Shown here: positions 52,890 through 64,000 of the stretch, piece after piece
How positions within the stretch are numbered: the stretch's first letter is position 1
How the letters are laid out: every line of letters begins with the position of its first letter
Source of the DNA: Eledone cirrhosa
Taxonomy: Eukaryota
Reading direction: 5' to 3'
Length of the DNA stretch: 64,000 nt
Assembly (NCBI GenBank): GCA_964016885.1
Contig: OZ024752.1
Coordinates: 7,006,001-7,070,000, forward strand
The notes under the pieces: generated by a model
What the model was told of the DNA's origin: nothing
The model's input: the letters and a program-made list of their open reading frames with translations, nothing else
The model's database searches: none
Program-made: the position numbers and the translations under genes

Positions 52890-53300
52890 TTTGGCTTTCA
52901 ATACCTCTTCCATTATCTTTAGTCTTCCTTGGTCTTCTACTTCCTTTACTTCCTTCCATATTCATTTCCAACACTCCTCTCACTCAGTTATTTTCATCCT
53001 TCCTCAACACATGACCTAACCATCTCATTCTATTTCTCTCCCCAGCATCTATCACTGGTTCTATTCCTCTCACTCAGTTATTTTCATCCTTCCTCAACAC
53101 ATGACCTAACCATCTCATTCTATTTCTCTCCACAACATCCATCACTGGTTCTATTCCTCTCACTCAGTTATTTTCATCCTTCCTCAACACATGACCTAAC
53201 CATCTCATTCTATTTCTCTCCACAACATCCATCACTAGATCAATTCCCATCACTTCTCTGCAATTCATTTAATGTTAGTCCTCCATTCTCTCAGTGATGT
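52890..53300 (-). mobile_element. RTE relic with a triplicated 90-bp segment
   Basis: Minus strand RWLGHVLRKDENN*VRGVLEMNMEGSKGSRRPRKT; unit starts at 52976, 53066 and 53156. Confidence 0.75.
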
Positions 53301-53798
53301 TGTTGTTGCCGTTAGAGACATTTATCACTGTATCAAGAAAACAGAGGTGTTCAGGAGAAATGAGTCTGCCAGTAATCTCCTCCGATCAGGGAAAATCTTG
53401 CAAAAAATGATTAGTTTTTGGATTATAGAATTAACTATGTCATCATCAGCTTCACCATCATTTAATGTCTGTTTTCCCTGCTAGATAAAAGTGTACAAGA
53501 CACTTCTATTAAAGATCTTAGACTCTGAATAAAAACTGATGAAAGTCTATAATATCGACTGAGTAATCTATTAACCTTTATCTGCAACAAATTCTTGTTT
53601 AATATATTTTTAATATACTTATCCACTTCATACTTGTTAAATAGAGCTTCCAAAGAACTGTTAATGACTTTAATGATTACAGTGACTTTACAAGACAAGT
53701 TACACAACAAATGGAAACTGGATGGTTTGTTTGTTGTTGTGTGGTGGTTTTTTAATGGAGAAGGTTCCAAAGAAGTATTTGATAGCTTCTGTTACCAA

Positions 53799-53972
53799 GG
53801 CGATCTGTTGCCTGGGCGATCTGTTGCCTGGGCGATCTGTTGCCTGGGCGATCTGTTGCCTGGGCGATCTGTTGCCTGGGCGATCTGTTGCCTGGGCGAT
53901 CTGTTGCCTGGGCGATCTGTTGCCTGGGCGATCTGTTGCCTGGGCGATCTGTTGTTTAGGTGATCTGTTGCC
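53799..53972. repeat. 16-bp minisatellite, ~10 copies
   Basis: ggcgatctgttgcctg. Confidence 0.96.
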
Positions 53973-54123
53973 ATACTTTGCAACATAGAGTTACGGCCCT
54001 TTACGGTCTGAGTTCAAATCCCACCGAGGTTAACTTTGCCTTTCATCAATACGGGGGTCGATAAAATAAAGTACCAGTAATGTACTGGGATAATTGCTGG
54101 CCATGCGCCAAAAGTAGAAACAA
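53970..54123 (+). mobile_element. SINE S1 (5'-truncated)
   Basis: ctgagttcaaatcccaccgaggttaactttgcctttcatc. Confidence 0.83.
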
Positions 54124-54407
54124 TTATTAAGGTGATGTTTTGAACAAAGTTTCTTACATAAAATTATGATGGAAGGAGGCAGACATAAATAGATGTTGTA
54201 TGATAGAACCATGGGAGGAGGTCTCAGAGTCTGGCATCAAAAGGGTTACTTCATATGGTTAAAAACAAAAACTTGTTTTTAAAAATACCAGAACATGTGG
54301 CAAACTTCACAAGAGAGGCTAACATTCCACATCAACAAATAAGGAAGTCTCTACATAGTTTCTAAGCCAGTTAGAAATAGCAGTCAAATCTTCCTTAAAT
54401 CACACCC

Positions 54408-55442
54408 TACTTTGGAGGGGAATATTACACCTGTTTCACTTTGGAGGGGAATATTACACCTATTTCACTTTGGAGGGGAATATTACACCTATTTCACTTT
54501 GGAGGGGAATATTACACCTATTTCACTTTGGAGGGGAATATTACACCTATTTCACTTTGGAGGGGAATATTACACCTATTTCACTTTGGAGGGGAATATT
54601 ACACCTGTTCCACTTTGGAGGGGAATATTACACCTGTTTCACTTTGGAGGGGAATATTACACCAGTTCCACTTTGGAGGGGGAATATTACACCAGTTCCA
54701 CTTTGGAGGGGAATATTACACCAGTTCCACTTTGGAGGGGAATATTACACCAGTTCCACTTTGGAGGGGAATATTACACCAGTTCCACTTTGGAGGGGAA
54801 TATTACACCTGTTCCACTTTGGAGGGGAATATTACACCTGTTCCACTTTGGAGGGGAATATTACACCAGTTCCACTTTGGAGGGGAATATTACACCAGTT
54901 CCACTTTGGAGGGGAATATTACACCAGTTCCACTTTGGAGGGGAATATTTCACCTGTTTCACTTTGGAGGGGAATATTTCACCTGTTTCACTTTGGAGGG
55001 GAATATTACACCTGTTCCACTTTGGAGGGGAATATTACACCTGTTCCACTTTGGAGGGAAATATTACACCTGTTTCACTTTGGAGGGAAATATTACACCT
55101 GTTTCACTTTGGAGGGGAATATTAATTACACCAGTTCCACTTTGTACACCAGTTTCACTTTGGAGTGGAACATAACACCAGTTTCATTTTCGAGGTGAAT
55201 ATTAATTACACCAGTTCCACTTTGGAGGGGAATATTTCACCAGTTTCACTTTGGAGTGGAATATAACACCAGTTTCACTTTGGAGTGGAATATTACACCA
55301 GTTTCACTTTGGAGTGGAATATTACACCAGTTTCACTTTGGAGGTGGAATATTACACCAGTTTTACTTTGGAGGTGGAATATTACACCAGTTTTACTTTG
55401 GAGGTGGAATATTACACCAGTTTTACTTTGGAGGTGAAATTC
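54408..55442. repeat. 29-bp minisatellite, ~35 copies
   Basis: cactttggaggggaatattacacctgttt. Confidence 0.97.
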
Positions 55443-56442
55443 ATATTTCCTATTGTTTTTTACGTGTTTTGAATGAATTTGGCCTTCAAAATGATCAGAA
55501 ATTTATTTTAAAAAATATCATTACATAATGGAGTTGTGAAACAAAAACTCTGCTCTAAATGACACTTAAATCATTTTAAATATCAAAATATTAAAACTTC
55601 ATAAATATATTCTCCTCTCATGAGAATTTCAAAACCATACCAACTAAACATGTGTTGATGAGCTGCCTATTTTCCAGACATAAAATAGGGGTCAGCTTAT
55701 ATTTGAGTATACACAGTAATTACAATGACAAATATAATGAGACTGACTCCACTATTTAAAGAATAACTTTATTTCCAGAGAGGTTATTGGCTACACTAAA
55801 AGGAATTTGAACTGAAACACTATATTCTACCATTGTGGCAACTCCAATAACTAAAAAACAACCCGAAACATTTCGAGGTTTTACAGAAGCAATAGACATG
55901 AATGACCCAAATTCTTAAAATAAAAAATGCAAAACCAAAAAATAAATTATCTCAAGTTTGAAACTTTGAAGTTTTTGAAGCTATTGTTGTCTGAATAACC
56001 AGCAAAGTGTCTTCTGTTAGAGACTGGTGCCTGTTGAATAAACGGCAGGATAGAGAACAAAACATATAAGGAAAGAAAAAAAAAAATCATGAAATAGTCA
56101 CAATGAATTTATACTCACACGCATGTATATTCACACACATATATACACACACGAATGTATATACACATGTATACATAGACACATATATACACACACGCAT
56201 GTGTACACACAGACATGTATATATACACACACACACATGTATACATACAGACACATATATATATTCACACACATGTGTACACAGACATGAATATATACAC
56301 ATGCATGTATACACACAAGACACGAATATATACATATACTTGCATAAATTGATACAGATACCTACATACATAAATACATACATTTCCTAGTCAAACTCAC
56401 ATAAACATACACATGTAACACACACACACGCATATATATATA

Positions 56443-56750
56443 TCATCATTTCATTTTATGTCCGCCTCTCCCTGCTTGCAAGGGTGGGATGGGAACTGAT
56501 TCTGGCTTGATTTCTACAGTTGGATGCCCTTCCTAACACCAACCTCATTTACAGTGAGTGCTGGGTGCTTTTTTGCCGTGGCACCTCCATGTCCACTTTA
56601 CAGTGGAATGATAGGGACCCCAGTCCCTATCATCTCATTTCTACAGCTGAGGAAACTGGAGCAATGTGAAAAAAGTGTCTTGCTCAAGGAAACAACACAT
56701 CACCCGGTCTGAGGATTGAACTCACAACCTTTCGATTGGAAGGCCATCTG
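56443..56750 (-). mobile_element. Full-length tRNA/CORE-type SINE (S2) with RTE family B tail
   Basis: Minus strand: B-box gagttcaatcc, CORE-like ccttgagcaagacact, ggtgttaggaagggcatcc, cccacccttgcaagcaggg, atgatga, then (TA)n. Confidence 0.8.
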
Positions 56751-56754
56751 CCTC

Positions 56755-56813
<59 letters not shown>

Positions 56814-56841
56814 AACACATAGAAATATACATATGTTGAGA

Positions 56842-56903
<62 letters not shown>

Positions 56904-57029
56904 ATGAATGTCTAAATTATGGAAGGTAAAAAGTGACACAATACACATAGTAAAACAAGCTGCCAAGAGTAGTACGGAAGACAGTATAGAATAGTATGGA
57001 AGGTAGTACAGAAGGTAGTATGGGAGGCA

Positions 57030-57680
57030 GATGATGGTGGTGGTGGTGATGGTGATGATGATGGTGATGATGGTGATGATGGTGATGATGGTGATGATGG
57101 TGATGGTGGTGATGGTGATGATGGTGATGATGGTGGTGATGATGGTGGTGATGATGGTGGTGATGATGGTGGTGATGATGGTGGTGATGGTGGTGATGAT
57201 GGTGGTGATGATGGTGGTGATGGTGGTGGTGATGGTGGTGGTGATGGTGGTGGTGATGGTGGTGGTGATGGTGGTGGTGGTGATGGTGGTGGTGATGGTG
57301 GTGGTGGTGATGGTGGTGGTGGTGATGGTGGTGGTGATGGTGATGATGGTGATGATGGTGATGATGGTGATGGTGATGATGGTGATGATGGTGGTGATGA
57401 TGGTGGTGATGGTGGTGATGATGGTGGTGATGATGGTGGTGATGATGGTGGTGATGGTGGTGATGATGGTGGTGATGATGGTGGTGATGATGGTGGTGAT
57501 GGTGGTGGTGGTGATGGTGGTGATGGTGGTGATGGTGGTGGTGGTGGTGGTGATGGTGGTGGTGATGGTGGTGGTGGTGATGGTGGTGGTGATGGTGATG
57601 ATGGTGATGATGGTGGTGATGGTGATGATGGTGGTGGTGGTGGTGATGATGGTGATGGTGGTGATGGTGATGGTGCTGGT
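57030..57680. repeat. (GGT)/(GAT) microsatellite
   Basis: Direct inspection. Confidence 0.96.
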
Positions 57681-58221
57681 ATAACTTGTGACATTATGTA
57701 GTGGTACTCACTCTAAGCTAATTATAGTAATACATAGCAAGAGTTGCTCTTTACTAAACCTTGGATGTCTTGACATCATTTGATTGAGTACAAAGACAAG
57801 GATTTATTTCCAATGCTAGGAAATAGCATGTTGCAATCTTTCTGCCATTTCTAAATGGACTTGAAGCCTCAATGTCTTGTGATTGTCCGAACAACTTAGA
57901 TAAAAAACATGATTTATGTAGAAGACTAAAATAATTCTACTTCACTTATGTCAATAATACCCTTTGGTCATTCAAACTTCCTATTTCAAATGTTAGCTTA
58001 TATCTTAAGAGTAAATCAATATATTTACAGGTTTAAAACCATGGAAGTCAGGCTAGGAAATAATCCTTACCTGTTAGGGCAGGTATTTACAATATCATAT
58101 AATCAAAGGTGATACGGCAGCCATGTTACATAACTGTTTAGAATGTAAACAAGACAGACTGCCATTCTCAAAGAAAGAAAATTACAGATTTACTTTACAG
58201 AATTATTTTTACTTAACAGAA

Positions 58222-58427
58222 TTAACTCTTTCATGACTGTATTTCCAATGAAATACACTATTTCAATTAACGAAGAGGGATTTACGAAAATTCTTAATTA
58301 TTTTGTTACTAATATAGTAACGTAAATAACATTCTGTTGGAAGATTTCCATATGTATTGGAACTATTTAAAGTGGGTGGTTTTCTTTCATAGAATCAGTT
58401 TTGGTCAGATTGCTATTAAAGAGTTAA
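58222..58427 (+). mobile_element. TTAA-bounded piggyBac-like MITE (family P2)
   Basis: TTAActcttt ... aaagagTTAA; the left end resembles the 48-bp satellite unit. Confidence 0.6.
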
Positions 58428-58596
58428 TAATCATCATCATCATAGTTTACTCTGTAACCGTACACAGTTGTGGATCTTTAGATTCCACAAATGGTTCTTG
58501 GTTATTTAAAACCAAATTCTTTATTTGTAGAATAAATTCAAAGAATTTCATGGAAAAAGAAAGAACATACAGAACAACAGGAATATTTGACACTAT

Positions 58597-61500
58597 TTAA
58601 CCCTTTCATTACCATATTTCTAATGAAAGACACTGTCTATGTCATTAACCCTTTCATTGCCATATTTCTATTGAAAGAGACTGTCTATGTCTTTAACCCT
58701 TCCATTACCATATTTCTAATGAAAGACACTGTCTATGTCATTAACCCTTTCATTACCATATTTCTAATGAGAGACACTGTCTATGTCATTAACCCTTTCA
58801 TTACCATATTTCTAATGAAAGACACTGTCTATGTCATTAACCCTTTCATTACTATATTTCTAATGAGAGACACTGTCTATGTCATTAACCCTTTCATTAC
58901 CATATTTCTAATGAAAGACACTGTCTATGTCATTAACCCTTTCATTACTATATTTCTAATGAGAGACACTGTCTATGTCATTAACCCTTTCATTACCATA
59001 TTTCTAATGAGAGACACTGTCTATGTCATTAACCCTTTCATTACCATATTTCTAATGAAAGACACTGTCCATGTCATTAACCCTTTCATTTGCGTTGGAC
59101 AAAGCATGTCTCTAAGATTGTCAAGAAGGCCGAGGGTGTCTTGGCATCACTCAGCAAGACCTTTGTTAGCCGCTCTCCAGCCATCTATTTAAAACTGTAT
59201 ACAGCTATGGTGCGACCACACTTGGAATTCGCATCATCAGTCTGGAACCCCTATCTTGCTCGGAACATTGACCTCCTGGAAACTGTTCAGAGACGTGCAA
59301 CCAAGTGCATACCCTCCATCAGACACCTACCATACTCTGAACGCCTTGCTTCCCTGGGCATGGATTCATTGAAGCTCCGACGTCTGGCAATGGACTTGGT
59401 GAATACCCACAAAGTTTTTAACCATCTCGCCAACTGCAACCCTGAGCGCCTCTTTGATCTCCATGTGTCTAACACACGTGGACATGCCTAGAAGATAAGA
59501 AAACAGCACAGCTCCCATGACTTTCGCAGACATTTTGTCACGCTCAGAGTTGCTGAAGCATGGAACAAACTGCCTGCGTCAATTGTTAGCTGCCGAGACA
59601 CTGCATCCTTTAAGACACTCATGCTTTCCGAAATACGCCAAAACTACACCTGATGTACCCCTTCCATACACATGCACACATGTGTGTATCATGACTCGTG
59701 CACTGTTCATTTTACTGATGTTTGTGCATTGCCCTATGTACTGTACATGCACTTTTTTGATGAGTTGTGGTGCACCTGGGCACTGTACACAATATTTCAT
59801 TATTGTTATTGTTATTATATCATGACTCATACACTGTTCATTTTCCTGACATTTGTACATTATTCTATGTACTATACATGCACCTTTGATGAGTTGTAGT
59901 TCACCTGAGCACTGTACACAATAATTTCATTATTATTATTATTATTACCATATTTCTAATGAAAGACACTGTCTATGTCATTAAACCTTTCATTACCATA
60001 TTTCTAATGAAAGACACTGTCTATGTCATTAACCCTTTCATTGCCATATTTCTAATGAAAGACACTGCTATGTCTTTAACCCTTTCATTACCATATTTCT
60101 AATGAAAGACAGTCTATGTCATTAACCCTTTCATTACCATATTTCTAATGAAAGACACTGTCTATGTTATTAACCCTTTCATTACCATATTTCTAATGAA
60201 AGACACTGTCTATGTCATTAACCCTTTCATTACCATATTTCTAATGAAAGACACTGTCTATGTCTTTAACCCTTTCATTACCATATTTCTAATGAAAGAC
60301 ACTGTCTATGTCTTTAACCCTTTCATTACCATATTTCTAATGAAAGACACTGTCTATGTCTTTAACCCTTTCATTACCATATTTCTAATGAAAGACACTG
60401 TCTATCTCATTTACCCTTTCATTACCATATTTCTAATGAAAGACACTGTCTATGTCTTTAACCCTTTCATTACCATATTTCTAATGAAAGACACTGTCTA
60501 TGTCATTAACCCTTTCATTACCATATTTCTAATGAAAGACACTGTCTATGTCATTAACCCTTTCATTACCATATTTCTAATGAAAGACACTGTCTATGTC
60601 ATTAACCCTTTCATTACCATATTTCTAATGAAAGACACTGTCTATGTCATTAACCCTTTCATTAACATATTTCTAATGAAAGACACTGTCTATGTCATTA
60701 ACCCTTTCATTACCATATTTCTAATGAAAGACACTGTCTATGTCATTAACCCTTTCATTACCATATTTCTAATGAAAGACACTGTCTATGTCATTAACCC
60801 TTTCATTAACATATTTCTAATGAAAGACACTGTCTATGTCATTAACCCTTTCATTACCATATTTATAATGAAAGACACTGTCTATGTCATTAACCCTTTC
60901 ATTACCATATTTCTAATGAAAGACACTGTCTATGTCATTAACCCTTTCATTAACATATTTCTAATGAAAGACACTGTCTATGTCATTAACCCTTTCATTA
61001 CCATATTTCTAATGAAAGAGACTGTCTATGTCATTAACCCTTTCATTACCATATTTCTAATGAAAGACACTGTCTATGTCATTAACCCTTCCATTACCAT
61101 ATTTCTAATGAAAGACACTGTCTATGTCATTAACCCTTCCATTACCATATTTCTAATGAAAGACACTGTCTATGTCATTAACCCTTCCATTACCATATTT
61201 CTAATGAAAGACACTGTCTATGTCTTTAACCCTTCCATTACCATATTTCTAATGAAAGACACTGTCTATGTCATTAACCCTTCCATTACCATATTTCTAA
61301 TGAAAGACACTGTCTATGTCATTAACCCTTCCATTACCATATTTCTAATGAAAGACACTGTCTATGTCATTAACCCTTCCATTACCATATTTCTAATGAA
61401 AGACACTGTCTATGTTATTACCTTTCATTACCATATTTCTAATGAAAGACACTGTCTATGTCATTAAACCTTTCATTACCATATTTCTAATGAAAGACAC

Positions 61501-63305
61501 TGTCTATGTCATTAACCCTTTCATTGCCATATTTCTAATGAAAGACACTGCTATGTCTTTAACCCTTTCATTACCATATTTCTAATGAAAGACAGTCTAT
61601 GTCATTAACCCTTTCATTACCATATTTCTAATGAAAGACACTGTCTATGTTATTAACCCTTTCATTACCATATTTCTAATGAAAGACACTGTCTATGTCA
61701 TTAACCCTTTCATTACCATATTTCTAATGAAAGACACTGTCTATGTCTTTAACCCTTTCATTACCATATTTCTAATGAAAGACACTGTCTATGTCTTTAA
61801 CCCTTTCATTACCATATTTCTAATGAAAGACACTGTCTATGTCTTTAACCCTTTCATTACCATATTTCTAATGAAAGACACTGTCTATCTCATTTACCCT
61901 TTCATTACCATATTTCTAATGAAAGACACTGTCTATGTCTTTAACCCTTTCATTACCATATTTCTAATGAAAGACACTGTCTATGTCATTAACCCTTTCA
62001 TTACCATATTTCTAATGAAAGACACTGTCTATGTCATTAACCCTTTCATTACCATATTTCTAATGAAAGACACTGTCTATGTCATTAACCCTTTCATTAC
62101 CATATTTCTAATGAAAGACACTGTCTATGTCATTAACCCTTTCATTAACATATTTCTAATGAAAGACACTGTCTATGTCATTAACCCTTCCATTACCATA
62201 TTTCTAATGAAAGACACTGTCTATGTTATTACCTTTCATTACCATATTTCTAATGAAAGACACTGTCTATGTCATTAACCCTTTCATTACCATATTTCTA
62301 ATGAGAGACACTGTCTATGTCATTAACCCTTCCATTACCATATTTCTAATGAAAGACACTGTCTATGTCATTAACCCTTCCATTACCATATTTCTAATGA
62401 AAGACACTGTCTATGTCATTAACCCTTCCATTACCATATTTCTAATGAAAGATACTGTCTATGTTATTACCTTTCATTACCATATTTCTAATGAAAGACA
62501 CTGTCTATGTTATTAACCCTTTCATTACCATATTTCTAATGAAAGACACTGTCTATGTCATTAACCCTTCCATTACCATATTTCTAATGAAAGACACTGT
62601 CTATGTCATTAACCCTTCCATTACCATATTTCTAATGAAAGACACTGTCTATGTTATTACCTTTCATTACCATATTTCTAATGAAAGACACTGTCTATGT
62701 CATTAACCCTTTCATTACCATATTTCTAATGAAAGACACTGTCTATGTCATTAACCCTTCCATTACCATATTTCTAATGAAAGACACTGTCTATGTCTTT
62801 AACCCTTTCATTACCATATTTCTAATGAAAGACACTGTTTATGTCATTAACCCTTTCATTACCATATTTCTAATGAAAGACACTGTCTATGTCATTAACC
62901 CTTCCATTACCATATTTCTAATGAAAGACACTGTCTATGTCTTTAACCCTTTCATTACCATATTTCTAATGAAAGACACTGTTTATGTCATTAACCCTTT
63001 CATTACCATATTTCTAATGAAAGACACTGTCTCTGTCATTAACCCTTTCATTACCATATTTCTAATGAAAGACACTGTCTATGTCATTAACCCTTTCATT
63101 ACCATATTTCTAATGAAAGACACTGTCTATGTCATTAACCCTTTCATTACCATATTTCTAATGAAAGACACTGTCTATGTCTTTAACCCTTTCATTACCA
63201 TATTTCTAATGAAAGACACTGTCTATGTTATTAACCCTTCCATTACTATATTTCTAATGAAAGACACTGTCTATGTTATTACCTTTCATTGCCATATTTC
63301 TAATG
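58597..63305. repeat. 48-bp minisatellite (array 2), interrupted by a CR1 insertion
   Basis: Same unit as 38468..39930. Confidence 0.98.
59091..59946 (+). mobile_element. CR1-clade LINE 3' fragment
   Basis: LYTAMVRPHLEFASSVWNP, LETVQRRATK, YSERL, TRGH and WNKLP motifs; internal stop at 59489; (ATT)n tail. Confidence 0.9.
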
Positions 63306-63396
63306 TAATAACTGCATATACACATGTACAGATACAAAGCATATGGACACATATAACTCGAAACATCCACACATACAATAACATCCATACATTTAC

Positions 63397-63469
63397 CTAA
63401 TTGATGTGTAAATTCCAATGAAAAGAGTCTTCTGTCTGTGTTAGAAGCCGGCTCCCCCTCTTTCTCTCT
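63397..63469 (-). CDS. Candidate 73-nt exon
   Basis: tttttaccaatAG|...CAATTAG|GTaaat; open as REKEGEPASNTDRRLFSLEFTHQL(G), phase 0-1. Confidence 0.25.
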
Positions 63470-64000
63470 CTATTGGTAAAAATATATAAAATAATGAAAC
63501 CTGAAAAACACACAACACACTCATACATACATACACACATACATACATACACCCCCCCACCCCACCCCACACACACAGACATACTCTCACACACAAACAC
63601 ACACATACATACACACACAACCAATGGCAAAAGATGATTGGAAATAATGTAGTGACTATATCAAATCTTGAGAATGGTTTAAAATCAAATAATGGCTGCT
63701 GACAATAAAAACCAAAAGAACATAATTGAGGAATGACGTGGATTCGTAATAAAAGAAAATAAATTTAAGAAGTTGTTAATGATAAAGTAAGACAGGATAA
63801 AACAAATATTGACAAGAGGCAGTCAATATTTAAGACAGAACTGGATACTAAACAGCATATTTACGAGTATTTACGAGTATATCAATGTTGCCAAATTTAG
63901 GAAATTCTCAAGATGTTTTCTGAAGATATTTCCTCAAGACTCAAAGTTCAATGACTAGACAGGAATTAAAAGAGTTCCAATCAAATCAAATTTTATCTGT

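Noticed and set aside
38489-63400. MKDTVYVINPFITIFL and FTVKALPHIISH repeat proteins
   Set aside because: 48-bp and 72-bp satellites with frameshifting indels and apparent MITE origin.

Overview
Repeat-dominated, AT-rich eukaryotic DNA; the SINE/LINE repertoire suggests an octopus/cephalopod genome (inference). No complete host gene is visible. Almost all long ORFs are artefacts of micro- and minisatellites. The genuine coding remnants are 5'-truncated retrotransposon ORF2 pieces: two RTE-clade families with a C4HC3 PHD-type finger inside the RT region, one CR1-clade 3' end, and weak R4/Dong and Penelope relics. Also present are tRNA-derived SINEs, TTAA piggyBac-like MITEs and about 20 tandem arrays. 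Main observations: (1) several hammerhead-ribozyme-like motifs and long fold-back hairpins resembling Penelope-like pseudo-LTR remnants, including a U3-A8 compensatory core variant; (2) 3'-tail sharing or swapping among two RTE LINEs and a SINE; (3) minisatellites whose unexpanded parent elements lie in the same window; (4) tentative minus-strand micro-exons, one starting at an AG|GTAAGT recursive-splice-type junction. All calls were made by eye and repeat boundaries are approximate.
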